A DNA stretch of 64,000 nt from Firmicutes bacterium UBA2203 (GCA_002327235.1 DCUX01000004.1:28020-92019); one strand, 5' to 3'. Counted from the first letter of the stretch, positions 1-8,623 are shown. A program made the numbers and translations. Notes: generated from the sequence alone by a model not told the origin.

Positions 1-24
1 AATATTTAATCAGGAGTAAGTGCT

Positions 25-543
25 TTGTCAAGGAAAAAGATATTTTTAACCGAAGAGAAAATAAAGCGCCGGGTAGAACAATTAGCCCAAGAGATTTCTT
101 TAGCTTATCTTGACCAGGAGGTAATGGTAGTCGGCGTTTTAAAAGGGGCCTTTATTTTTATGGCTGACTTGGTGCGCGGCCTGACTATCCCGGTTAAGAT
201 TGATTTTGTTGCCCTCTCAAGTTATGGTTTTTCCAGTCAATCTTCCGGAGTGGTGCAAATTATAAAGGATATAGGGCAAAGTATAACCAATAAACAGGTC
301 CTTATTATTGAAGATATAGTGGATACGGGCCTTACCTTGCACTATTTAAAAGAGCGTTTTCTGTCCCGGGAGCCAAAAGAAGTAAAAATTTGCACCTTGT
401 TGGACAAGCCGGCGCGCCGTGAAGTGCCGTTAAAGGCAGATTATGTGGGTTTTATAGTGCCCGACGCGTTTTTGGTTGGTTATGGATTAGATTATCAGGA
501 AAAATACCGCCATCTGAGGGATATTTTTATAATTGAGATATAA
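25..543 (+). CDS. hpt: hypoxanthine phosphoribosyltransferase
   Basis: 172-aa ORF with a TTG start and AGGAG at 12-16. It has the PRPP-binding loop VLIIEDIVDTGLTL and is collinear with bacterial Hpt. Confidence 0.9.
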   Translation: MSRKKIFLTEEKIKRRVEQLAQEISLAYLDQEVMVVGVLKGAFIFMADLVRGLTIPVKIDFVALSSYGFSSQSSGVVQIIKDIGQSITNKQVLIIEDIVDTGLTLHYLKERFLSREPKEVKICTLLDKPARREVPLKADYVGFIVPDAFLVGYGLDYQEKYRHLRDIFIIEI

Positions 544-570
544 ATTAAAAGTAAGAGGAAAGAGGCAGGC

Positions 571-2112
571 ATGACCGTACCCAGTCAGGAATTAGTAATA
601 GTGTTGGATTTTGGCGGACAGTACAGTCACCTTATTGCCCGGCGAATCCGGGAGGGCAAAGTTTTTTGTGAAATGCTCCCCTATAATACCCCGTTAGGCG
701 AGCTCAGCGCTAAAAACCCCCGCGGTATTATTTTATCGGGCGGGCCGGCTAGTGTTTATCAACCAGGGGCTCCGGTATGCGACCCGCAACTTTATGATTT
801 GGGGATACCAATTTTAGGAATTTGTTACGGCATGCAGCTTATGAGTGTACAATTAGGGGGGGCAGTAGTTTCAGCCGAATATCGTGAGTATGGAAAAACA
901 GCCCTGGAAATTTTGGAACCAGACATTTTGTTTCAAAGCATGGATTCTTCGCAAGTGTGCTGGATGAGCCATGGCGACCGGGTAGAAGAACCGCCTCCGG
1001 GATGGAATATTTTAGCCCAAACCGCCTTTTCAAAGGTAGCCGCTATAGCCCACCGGGAAAAAAAACTATACGCGGTCCAGTTCCACCCGGAAGTAAAACA
1101 TACGCCCCAGGGACAGGAGATACTGCAAAATTTTCTTTATGATGTATGTGGTTGTAGAGGTTTATGGACCATGCGCTCTTTTATTGATCACGCGGCCGCG
1201 GAAATTTTAGCTCAGGTTGGTCAAGGAAAGGTAATTTGCGCTTTAAGCGGGGGAGTGGATTCTACCGTAACGGCCTTGCTGCTTCACCGGGCTATAGGTT
1301 ACCAGTGTACCAGTATTTTTGTTAATCATGGCCTGTTAAGAAAAGGGGAAGCGGAACAGGTAATCGAAACTTTTAAAGAGCAATTTCACCTTAATCTGGT
1401 GTATATCGAAGCCAAAGATCGTTTTTTAAGCCGCCTATCTGGAATTACCGATCCTGAACAAAAAAGAAAGATTATTGGGGAAGAATTTATTTGTGTTTTT
1501 GAAGAAAAAGCCGCCAAATTAGGAAAGGTGGATTTTTTGGCCCAGGGAACTCTTTACCCGGACGTAATAGAAAGCGGTACCGCGACGGCGGCCATGATTA
1601 AATCACACCACAATGTGGGAGGTTTGCCGGCAATAATGAACTTGCGGCTTATTGAACCCTTACGCTGGCTCTTTAAAGATGAGGTCCGGGTTTTAGGAGC
1701 GGAATTAGGGTTGCCGGAGGAAATAGTTTGGCGCCAACCCTTTCCTGGGCCTGGTTTAGCCGTGCGGATACTGGGGGAGGCAACCGCCGAAAAAATAGCC
1801 CTCCTTCAAGAGGCTGATGCTATTATAAACGAAGAAATCCAACGCGCCGGGCTCAATCGGGAAGTGTGGCAATCATTTGCTGTTTTACCTGATATACGCA
1901 GTGTAGGGGTTATGGGGGATGAACGTACTTATTTCCATACCGTAGCTGTACGGGTGGTGCAAAGTCTTGACGGTATGACAGCTGATTGGGTCAGGTTGCC
2001 TTACCATGTATTGGAGCGTATTTCTAGCCGGATTGTTAACGAGGTGGCCGGAATTAACCGGGTGGTTTATGATATTACTTCTAAGCCCCCGGCTACTATT
2101 GAATGGGAGTAA
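571..2112 (+). CDS. guaA: GMP synthase (glutamine-hydrolysing)
   Basis: 513 aa. N-terminal class I amidotransferase (GICYGMQ, FHPE), ATP-pyrophosphatase P-loop SGGVDS, and the typical C-terminus PPATIEWE. Confidence 0.95.
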   Translation: MTVPSQELVIVLDFGGQYSHLIARRIREGKVFCEMLPYNTPLGELSAKNPRGIILSGGPASVYQPGAPVCDPQLYDLGIPILGICYGMQLMSVQLGGAVVSAEYREYGKTALEILEPDILFQSMDSSQVCWMSHGDRVEEPPPGWNILAQTAFSKVAAIAHREKKLYAVQFHPEVKHTPQGQEILQNFLYDVCGCRGLWTMRSFIDHAAAEILAQVGQGKVICALSGGVDSTVTALLLHRAIGYQCTSIFVNHGLLRKGEAEQVIETFKEQFHLNLVYIEAKDRFLSRLSGITDPEQKRKIIGEEFICVFEEKAAKLGKVDFLAQGTLYPDVIESGTATAAMIKSHHNVGGLPAIMNLRLIEPLRWLFKDEVRVLGAELGLPEEIVWRQPFPGPGLAVRILGEATAEKIALLQEADAIINEEIQRAGLNREVWQSFAVLPDIRSVGVMGDERTYFHTVAVRVVQSLDGMTADWVRLPYHVLERISSRIVNEVAGINRVVYDITSKPPATIEWE

Positions 2113-2119
2113 TAAGACC

Positions 2120-2240
2120 GGTTAGAGGTTGGAAGTTAGAGGTTAGGGTTTTAAATCCAGTTGGAGGTTAGAAGTTGGAGGTTTTGGAAATTGGAAGAGG
2201 GTTTTAGATCCAATTTCTAACTACTAATTTCCAATTTCAA
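2120..2240 (+). repeat. family A heptad-arm hairpin repeat, double unit (two G-rich arms, loops TTTTAAATCC and TTTTAGATCC, one pyrimidine arm)
   Basis: Direct reading. GGTTAGA/GGTTGGA heptads are followed by the loop and then AATTTCY heptads. The unit fills the guaA-purE spacer and ends at the purE SD. Confidence 0.85.
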
Positions 2241-2257
2241 GAGGGTGAGGGTGTATT

Positions 2258-2779
2258 ATGTTGCGTCCGATAGTGGGAATAGTTATGGGCAGCGATTCTG
2301 ATTTACCTGTAATGTGTAAGGCCTGGGAGATTATAAACGAGTTTGATATTCCCAGCGAAATAAGTATTATCTCCGCTCACCGTTCGCTGGAAAAAGCTAT
2401 TGCTTATGCAGGCAGCGCGGTAGACCGGGGTTTACTAGTAATTATAGCGGGCGCTGGAGGAGCGGCTCATTTGCCAGGAGTTATTGCCGCCCGTACGCCT
2501 TTACCTGTTATTGGGGTGCCAATTAAAAATAGCTCTTTAAATGGTTTAGATGCTTTATTTTCAATGGTACAAATGCCTGCCGGTGTTCCGGTGGCTACCG
2601 TAGCCATCAACGGAGCAAAAAATGCCGCTATTTTAGCGGCTCAAATTATCGGGGTTAGTGAGCCGGCCGTAAGGACTAAAATAGAAAATTATAAGGCTAA
2701 GCTGGCCAGGGAGGTAGAGTCTAAAGCAGAACGATTAACCAAATTGGGGGTAGAAGGTTATTTGGAGGTTAGAGATTAG
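2258..2779 (+). CDS. purE: N5-carboxyaminoimidazole ribonucleotide mutase
   Basis: 173 aa with the motifs GSDSDLPVM and AGGAAHLPGV. Confidence 0.93.
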   Translation: MLRPIVGIVMGSDSDLPVMCKAWEIINEFDIPSEISIISAHRSLEKAIAYAGSAVDRGLLVIIAGAGGAAHLPGVIAARTPLPVIGVPIKNSSLNGLDALFSMVQMPAGVPVATVAINGAKNAAILAAQIIGVSEPAVRTKIENYKAKLAREVESKAERLTKLGVEGYLEVRD

Positions 2780-2830
2780 AGGTTGGAGGTTAGAGGTTTT
2801 AAATCCAACTTCCAACTTCCAACTTCCAAC
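2763..2830 (+). repeat. family A hairpin repeat (5' arm overlaps the last purE codons)
   Basis: 2781-2798 pairs with 2807-2824 over 18 positions (1 mismatch, 3 G-U). The loop is TTAAATCC. The 3' arm abuts the purB SD AGGAGG. Confidence 0.85.
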
Positions 2831-2845
2831 AGGAGGTAAAGGCAG

Positions 2846-4138
2846 ATGATTGAGCGTTACACTTTGCCGGAAATGAAAAAAATCTGGTCTTTAGAAAACA
2901 GGTTTCGCAAATGGCTGGAAATAGAAATATTCGCTACTGAGGCTATGTCAAAGCTGGGTTTAGTTCCGGAAGAGGCCTTAATGCAAATAAAGGAACGGGC
3001 TAACTTTGAGGTGGCGCGGATTGAAGAAATAGAAGCGGTAGTTAACCATGACGTTATCGCCTTTTTAACTAACGTAGGCGAATACGTTGGCGAGGCAGCA
3101 AAATATCTGCATTTGGGCTTAACCTCATCCGATATTTTAGATACTACTTTGGCTGTTCAAATGAAGGAAGCCGGAGAACAAATTCTAAAACGGCTGAAGG
3201 AATTAAGGGCCGTTCTTTTAAAATTGGCCCAACAGCACCGGCAAACAATAATGATAGGGCGTACCCATGGTGTTCATGCGGAACCGATTACTTTTGGTTT
3301 AAAAATGCTTTTATGGTTAGCGGAAACAGAACGGAACCTGGAAAGAATGCAGCGGGCCGTGGAAACTATCAGGGTGGGCAAAATTTCTGGCGCGGTTGGT
3401 ACTTACGCTAATATTAACCCACAGGTAGAAATTCACGTTTGCAACCAACTAGGTTTAAGGCCCAGCCGTCTATCCACTCAGGTTCTGCAACGCGACCGCC
3501 ACGCTGAATACTTAACTACTCTTGGAATTATCGGCAGCTCCCTGGACAAATTTGCGGTAGAAATACGTAATTTGCAACGCACCGAACTGATGGAAGTGGA
3601 AGAATATTTTGCTAAGGGACAAAAGGGTTCTTCGGCTATGCCGCATAAACGTAACCCTATTACGGCTGAAAGAATAAGTGGTCTTGCTCGCCTACTGCGA
3701 AGCAACGCTTTGGCGGCTATGGAAAATATGGCTTTATGGCACGAACGTGATATTTCCCATTCTTCAGTAGAACGGGTAATTATTCCTGACAGTACCATTG
3801 GGCTTGATTATATGTTGCATAAATTTACCTTAATCATGAAAAACTTACAGGTTTATCCTGAAAATATGCGCCGCAACCTGGAGCTTACCTGCGGCGTAAT
3901 TTTTTCCCAGCGGGTTTTGCTAGCCTTAGTGGAAAAAGGTTTAAGCCGGGAACAGGCATACGCTATTACGCAGGATAACGCCTTTCGCAGTTGGCAGGAG
4001 AAAAAAGATTTTTACACGCTTATTAAAAACGATCCTCAAATTACCGCTTACCTAACAACTGAGGAAATAGAAAATTTATTTGAGATTAACTATTATCTGC
4101 GTTATGTAGACGAAATTTACCGGCGTTTTGGCTTATAG
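2846..4138 (+). CDS. purB: adenylosuccinate lyase
   Basis: 430 aa with the fumarate-lyase signature GSSAMPHKRNP. Confidence 0.95.
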   Translation: MIERYTLPEMKKIWSLENRFRKWLEIEIFATEAMSKLGLVPEEALMQIKERANFEVARIEEIEAVVNHDVIAFLTNVGEYVGEAAKYLHLGLTSSDILDTTLAVQMKEAGEQILKRLKELRAVLLKLAQQHRQTIMIGRTHGVHAEPITFGLKMLLWLAETERNLERMQRAVETIRVGKISGAVGTYANINPQVEIHVCNQLGLRPSRLSTQVLQRDRHAEYLTTLGIIGSSLDKFAVEIRNLQRTELMEVEEYFAKGQKGSSAMPHKRNPITAERISGLARLLRSNALAAMENMALWHERDISHSSVERVIIPDSTIGLDYMLHKFTLIMKNLQVYPENMRRNLELTCGVIFSQRVLLALVEKGLSREQAYAITQDNAFRSWQEKKDFYTLIKNDPQITAYLTTEEIENLFEINYYLRYVDEIYRRFGL

Positions 4139-4145
4139 AAAATTT

Positions 4146-4282
4146 GTTACTATTTAGGTAGGCACATAGGTTCAAAGGCACAAAGGTCTAAAGTGAAATG
4201 AAAACGTATAGAGACCTATAAGTCTGGCAAAAAAACTTTGTGCCTCTGTGCCTTTGCCCCTTTGAACCTGAGTAGTTATAAG
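4146..4282. repeat. family B intergenic inverted-repeat element (full-length copy)
   Basis: Termini are GTTACTATTTAGGTAG ... CCTTTGAACCTGAGTAGTTATAAG. The arms are built from GGCACAAAG / CTTTGTGCC octamer-like words. Related copies lie at 29596-29645 and 58481-58730. Confidence 0.8.
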
Positions 4283-4337
4283 ACTTTAGAGATATAGAGC
4301 GTTAAATAGCTCCGGCTTTATTCAGGGGGGAGATATA

Positions 4338-5759
4338 ATGATGGAGGGGAGAAAGCCGCGGGAAGAATGCGGAGTTTTTGGTATCTACGGGCCAGGTTTG
4401 AACGTAGCCCGGCTTACCTATTATGGTATTTTTGCCCTGCAGCACCGGGGCCAGGAAAGTGCGGGAATCGCCATTTTAGATGGTGACAAGATACACGTCC
4501 AAAAAGGAATGGGATTGGTTTCTGAAGTTTTTGAGAACAGCGACTTAGATAAGCTGCAAGGCAGGGCAGCAATTGGTCACGTACGTTATTCCACCACGGG
4601 GGCAAGTCAATTGGTGAATGCCCAACCTTTAGTGTTCCGGTATGCCGGGGGAATGTTGGGCTTAGCTCATAACGGAAATATTACCAATACCCGTGAGTTA
4701 TACCATAGATTAACTTCAAGCGGGGCCATATTTCAGTCTACCACGGATAGTGAAATAATTGTAAATTTACTTGCTCGTTACAGTCAGGCTAGCCTTAGCA
4801 TGGAAGAAGCTGTAATCAGGTGTATGCAAGATTTAGAAGGAGCTTATTCGCTAGTAATTCTTACGGAAAAGAGTTTATTTGCCGTGCGTGATGCTTACGG
4901 TTTTCGTCCTTTGTGTCTAGGTGTTTTGAATGGTAATTATATAGTGGCTTCTGAGTCTTGCGCTTTAGATATAATAGGAGCAAGTTTTCTTCGTGATGTA
5001 ACCCCGGGGGAAATAATCACTATTAATGAATACGGCCTGAATTCTGTCCAGGGCGTAAGTTGCCGGCGGAGGGCCCATTGTATTTTTGAATACATTTACT
5101 TTGCCCGGCCCGACAGTAATATAGATGGTTTTAACGTTAAGCGGGTGCGCCGGGAAATGGGGCGGCGCCTGGCGCAAGAATACCCGGTAAAAGTTGACTT
5201 AGTAATTCCTGTGCCTGATTCCGGTACTTCGGCGGCTTTGGGGTATGCAGAAGCCTCAGGCATTTCTTTTGAGGAAGGATTAATGAAAAATCGTTACGTA
5301 GGCCGTACTTTTATCCAGCCCTGTCAGGAAATGCGTGATATAGGGGTGAGGCTAAAATTAAACCCCGTCCGGGAGTTGCTAGCCGGCAAGCGGATAGTAT
5401 TGATAGATGACTCTTTAGTTCGGGGGACAACCAGTAAAAAGATTGTAAGCATGTTGCGAGAATGCAGCGTGAGAGAAATTCACCTATGTCTTAGCTCCCC
5501 CCCTGTTGTTCACGCCTGTTATTATGGTATAGACACCTCGAACGAGAAAGAACTGCTTGCGGCTCAAATGTCTCTAGAAGAAATTAGACAACGAATTACC
5601 GTAGATGGCTTACATTACTTGAGCTTAAATTCTCTGCTGGATATATTTAATGGCAAAAAAGACAGTTTTTGTACCGCCTGTTATTCAGGTGATTATCCGG
5701 TAGCCGTAGAAAATACCGGTGTTGATAGTATTGATAGTCTTAAAAAATTAGAATTTTAA
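4338..5759 (+). CDS. purF: amidophosphoribosyltransferase
   Basis: 473 aa. Short propeptide then the nucleophile Cys (EECGVFGI), PRTase motif VLIDDSLVRGTT, and C-terminal Cys cluster. Confidence 0.95.
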   Translation: MMEGRKPREECGVFGIYGPGLNVARLTYYGIFALQHRGQESAGIAILDGDKIHVQKGMGLVSEVFENSDLDKLQGRAAIGHVRYSTTGASQLVNAQPLVFRYAGGMLGLAHNGNITNTRELYHRLTSSGAIFQSTTDSEIIVNLLARYSQASLSMEEAVIRCMQDLEGAYSLVILTEKSLFAVRDAYGFRPLCLGVLNGNYIVASESCALDIIGASFLRDVTPGEIITINEYGLNSVQGVSCRRRAHCIFEYIYFARPDSNIDGFNVKRVRREMGRRLAQEYPVKVDLVIPVPDSGTSAALGYAEASGISFEEGLMKNRYVGRTFIQPCQEMRDIGVRLKLNPVRELLAGKRIVLIDDSLVRGTTSKKIVSMLRECSVREIHLCLSSPPVVHACYYGIDTSNEKELLAAQMSLEEIRQRITVDGLHYLSLNSLLDIFNGKKDSFCTACYSGDYPVAVENTGVDSIDSLKKLEF

Positions 5760-5772
5760 GGAGGGGGAGGGG

Positions 5773-5806
5773 ACGCTTCTGTTGACCGCGCGGTCAACAG
5801 AAGCGT
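5773..5806. promoter_or_regulatory. perfect 34-nt palindrome between an SD-like GGAGG tract and the purM start codon
   Basis: ACGCTTCTGTTGACCGCG|CGCGGTCAACAGAAGCGT, with every position paired. GGAGG occurs at 5760-5764 and 5766-5770, and the ATG is at 5816. Confidence 0.8.
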
Positions 5807-5815
5807 ATTCATTAA

Positions 5816-6856
5816 ATGAAAAAAGGTTTAATCTACGCCCATAGCGGGGTAGATATTGACGCGGGCAACCAGGCCGTTAATTTAATCCGGCCAATCGCCC
5901 AAAGCACTTTTCGTCCCGAAGTTTTAAGTAATTTGGGTGGATTTAGCGGATTGTTTGCTTTAGACCCTGCCCGTTACCAAAAACCAGTTTTAGTAGCCAG
6001 TACTGATGGAGTAGGTACTAAATTAAAAGTGGCCGTTTTAATGAACCATCATAGCTCTATTGGCATTGATGCGGTGGCTATGTGTGTTAACGACATCTTG
6101 GTTCAAGGAGCGGAACCCTTATTTTTTTTGGATTATCTGGCGGTGGGAAAACTAGTTCCGGAAAAAGTAGCCACAATTGTAGCTGGAGTAGCCGAAGGCT
6201 GCCGGCAAGCAGGATGTGCTTTACTCGGGGGAGAAACGGCGGAAATGCCGGGTATTTATTCTCCTGAGGAATACGACCTGGCCGGCTTTGTGGTTGGCGT
6301 AGTAGAGCAGGCTAAAATTATAAACGGCTCGGGGATTAAACCGGGGAACCAAGTAATTGGTCTTCCCTCTTCTGGTCTACATAGCAACGGTTATTCCTTG
6401 GCCCGTAAGGTACTGCTGGAGGTGGCCGGCTATCAGGTGGATACCTGCCATCCTGCCTTGGGAAGGACGGTCGGAGAAGAAATGTTGGTTCCCACCCGGA
6501 TATATGTTCCTCTAGTGCTGTCTTTACTAGAAAAGACTAATTTTAATATTTTAGGCATGGTAAATATTACGGGAGGAGCTTTACGGGAAAATATCCCGCG
6601 TATTTTACCACCGGGATGTACGGTTGTCTTAAAAAAACAATCCTGGCCTATTCCCCCTATTTTTTCTTTAATCCAGGAAATTGGCCGGATTAAAGAAGCA
6701 GAAATGCAAAGAGTATTTAATCTGGGCCTTGGTTTTCTTTTAATTGTTCCTGGTGAGGAAGCACCATCCTTGTTAAGTTATTTTACCAAGCAAAAAGAAA
6801 AGGCTTATTTGGTGGGGGAAGTAATATCCGGCCACGGGGAAGTAGTATTTGTTTAG
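5816..6856 (+). CDS. purM: phosphoribosylformylglycinamidine cyclo-ligase (AIR synthetase)
   Basis: 346 aa with the motifs GVDIDAGN and DGVGTK. An in-frame stop at 5813-5815 fixes the start. Confidence 0.94.
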   Translation: MKKGLIYAHSGVDIDAGNQAVNLIRPIAQSTFRPEVLSNLGGFSGLFALDPARYQKPVLVASTDGVGTKLKVAVLMNHHSSIGIDAVAMCVNDILVQGAEPLFFLDYLAVGKLVPEKVATIVAGVAEGCRQAGCALLGGETAEMPGIYSPEEYDLAGFVVGVVEQAKIINGSGIKPGNQVIGLPSSGLHSNGYSLARKVLLEVAGYQVDTCHPALGRTVGEEMLVPTRIYVPLVLSLLEKTNFNILGMVNITGGALRENIPRILPPGCTVVLKKQSWPIPPIFSLIQEIGRIKEAEMQRVFNLGLGFLLIVPGEEAPSLLSYFTKQKEKAYLVGEVISGHGEVVFV

Positions 6857-6926
6857 AGGTTAGGGGTTAGGGGTTAGAGGTTAGGATTTTAAATCCAATT
6901 TCCAACTTCCAATTTCCAACTTCCAA
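6853..6926 (+). repeat. family A hairpin repeat
   Basis: GGTTAGG/GGTTAGA heptads, loop TTTTAAATCC, then AATTTCC/AACTTCC heptads. It ends at the purN SD. Confidence 0.85.
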
Positions 6927-6939
6927 AAGGAGGTAGAGT

Positions 6940-7548
6940 ATGTCTTGCTTGCGTCTTGGTGTTTTAGTTTCCGGGAGGGGCTCAAATCTGCAGGCAATCA
7001 TAGATGCCGGCCAAAAAGGTGAAATACCGGCTGAGGTGGTAGTGGTAATCAGTGATCAACCTGATGCTTTTGCCCTGACCAGAGCCCGCGCTAATAATAT
7101 CCCGGCTATTTACGTTAACTTTCAAGATTTTCCTAATAAAGAAAAGTACGAAGAAAAAGTAGCGGCTATTCTACAAGCACATAAAGTAGAGTTAGTTTGT
7201 TTGGCCGGATACATGCGCATTTTAGGGGCAAGCATGTTAGAAGCTTTCCCTAACCGGATTATGAACATTCACCCGGCTTTGCTGCCTGCTTTTCCTGGAT
7301 TGCATGCCCAGGCCCGGGCCTGGGAGCACGGGGTTCGTTTTAGCGGTTGTACGGTGCATTTTGTTGATGAAGGGGTGGATACCGGACCTATTATTTTGCA
7401 GGCAGTTGTACCGGTGCTGGTGGAAGATACGGCCGAAACACTGGCGGCGCGAATTTTAGAACAAGAACATAAAATTTACCCGGCCGCCATTAGACTGTTT
7501 GCCCAAAATCGTTTACGTATTCAAAGGAGAAAAGTATACCTTAAGTAG
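6940..7548 (+). CDS. purN: phosphoribosylglycinamide formyltransferase
   Basis: 202 aa with SGRGSNLQA and the formyltransferase motif NIHPALLP. Confidence 0.93.
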   Translation: MSCLRLGVLVSGRGSNLQAIIDAGQKGEIPAEVVVVISDQPDAFALTRARANNIPAIYVNFQDFPNKEKYEEKVAAILQAHKVELVCLAGYMRILGASMLEAFPNRIMNIHPALLPAFPGLHAQARAWEHGVRFSGCTVHFVDEGVDTGPIILQAVVPVLVEDTAETLAARILEQEHKIYPAAIRLFAQNRLRIQRRKVYLK

Positions 7549-7596
7549 AGGTTGGAAGTTAGAGGTTAGAGTTTTAAATCCAATTTCCAACTTCCA
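7547..7596 (+). repeat. family A hairpin repeat
   Basis: GAGGTTGGAAGTTAGAGGTTAGAG - TTTTAAATCC - AATTTCCAACTTCC. Confidence 0.85.
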
Positions 7597-7598
7597 GA

Positions 7599-7835
7599 GT
7601 GATGGGAGTGACCATGATGGTTAAACTTACCGTTAGTTTAGCATACGCACTTAAAGAAAATTTTTATTGTTCCCAATGCCGTACCTGGATTTATTGTCCG
7701 GAAATGAACGAAAAATTAAAGGATGAACAGGGTAATATAATTGAAAAAATTGGTACCGGGTGTTTACAACAGGATGACGAAGGGGAATATTTTAAGTGCC
7801 CGGGCTGCCAAACCCGTTTTTATCTAACTGACTAG
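7599..7835 (+). CDS. small zinc-ribbon-like protein (CxxC ... CxxC), function unknown
   Basis: 78-aa ORF. ATG 7614 or 7617 after GGGAG is a more likely start. It has two CxxC pairs (CSQC, CPGC) and is preceded by a family A hairpin, like the pur genes. Confidence 0.55.
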   Translation: MMGVTMMVKLTVSLAYALKENFYCSQCRTWIYCPEMNEKLKDEQGNIIEKIGTGCLQQDDEGEYFKCPGCQTRFYLTD

Positions 7836-7857
7836 GCGCTAAAGAGACATTTAGCTC

Positions 7858-7942
7858 GAAATTGGAAAATGGATGTTGGACTTTATGTTGGAATTTACCT
7901 TTCAGGCAAAACCCTTCTCATTCCAATTTCCAACTTCCAATT
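7858..7942. repeat. family A-related hairpin between convergent genes (possible bidirectional terminator)
   Basis: The 5' arm GAAATTGGAAAATGGATGTTGGA...GTTGGAATTT and the 3' arm CATTCCAATTTCCAACTTCCAATT flank a different loop from the other copies. It abuts the phoU stop. Confidence 0.6.
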
Positions 7943-8606
7943 AGTTAAGCTCTCTTTTTTCGCCAGTGATTAAAAAAATTACTTCCTCACCAATATTGGT
8001 AGCGTGATCAGCGATTCTTTCCAGATAACGACTGATTAATAAAAAATAAACGGCCGGAATTACAATTTGGGGCTGGGTCTTTTCCCGCATTGCCCGTATA
8101 GCCTCTTGAAATATTTTAGCGGAAATAAAATCGACCTCATCATCTAAAGAACACATTTCGCGTGCTCTTTGGGCATCATTATTAACATAAGCGTCTAGAG
8201 CCTCCTTGATCATTTGTTGGACTACCCGGCTCATTTTGGAGGTATATTCCATAAGTTGTCTGTTCAAGGGATAGCCGTAAATGTAAAGGGTAGCCCGGGC
8301 AATGTCAACGGCGTAATCGGCCATTCGTTCTAAACTGACCAGAAATTTAAGGCTGGTAATAGACAGGCGTAAATCATGAGCTATTGGCTGTTGGGTAGCG
8401 ATTAACTTTACGCATTTATCTTCGATTTCCTGCGCTAATTTATCAATTAAAACATCACCAGAAATTATTTGGTTTGCCCCTGCTGCGTCTTGCTGCAGTA
8501 AAAATTGAACGGCCCTATAAATAGTCTCTTCCGTTAAACTGGCCAGCCGTAAAATGTCCTGCTGTAAATCAGTTAATTCTTGTTCAAAAGTACTACGGGC
8601 CCGCAT
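7941..8606 (-). CDS. phoU: phosphate signalling complex protein PhoU
   Basis: 221 aa. Two PhoU repeats, each with an E-R-x-x-D motif (ERMADYAVDIA, ERIADHATNI). AGGAGG lies upstream. Confidence 0.9.
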   Translation of the reverse strand: MRARSTFEQELTDLQQDILRLASLTEETIYRAVQFLLQQDAAGANQIISGDVLIDKLAQEIEDKCVKLIATQQPIAHDLRLSITSLKFLVSLERMADYAVDIARATLYIYGYPLNRQLMEYTSKMSRVVQQMIKEALDAYVNNDAQRAREMCSLDDEVDFISAKIFQEAIRAMREKTQPQIVIPAVYFLLISRYLERIADHATNIGEEVIFLITGEKRELN

Positions 8607-8623
8607 AAATATTTTGCCTCCTG

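Noticed and set aside
839-1142. Short ORFs antisense to or overlapping guaA, and similar ones inside purB, purF, pstC/A/B, recD2, pheS, mutS2 and others
   Set aside because: All are embedded in strongly supported genes, are 60-120 aa, and lack SDs and recognisable motifs. They are typical frame noise.
2148-2170. AAATCCAGTTGGAGGTT resembles the PyrR-binding loop (UCCAGAGAGG)
   Set aside because: The match is only partial, the other family copies read AAATCCAAYTTCC, and the context is a purine operon rather than a pyrimidine one.
2120-7942. Whether the regularly recurring family A repeats form a degenerate CRISPR-like array
   Set aside because: The units are separated by whole genes of 0.5-1.4 kb, are internally palindromic, and have no cas neighbourhood. 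They are intercistronic hairpins.
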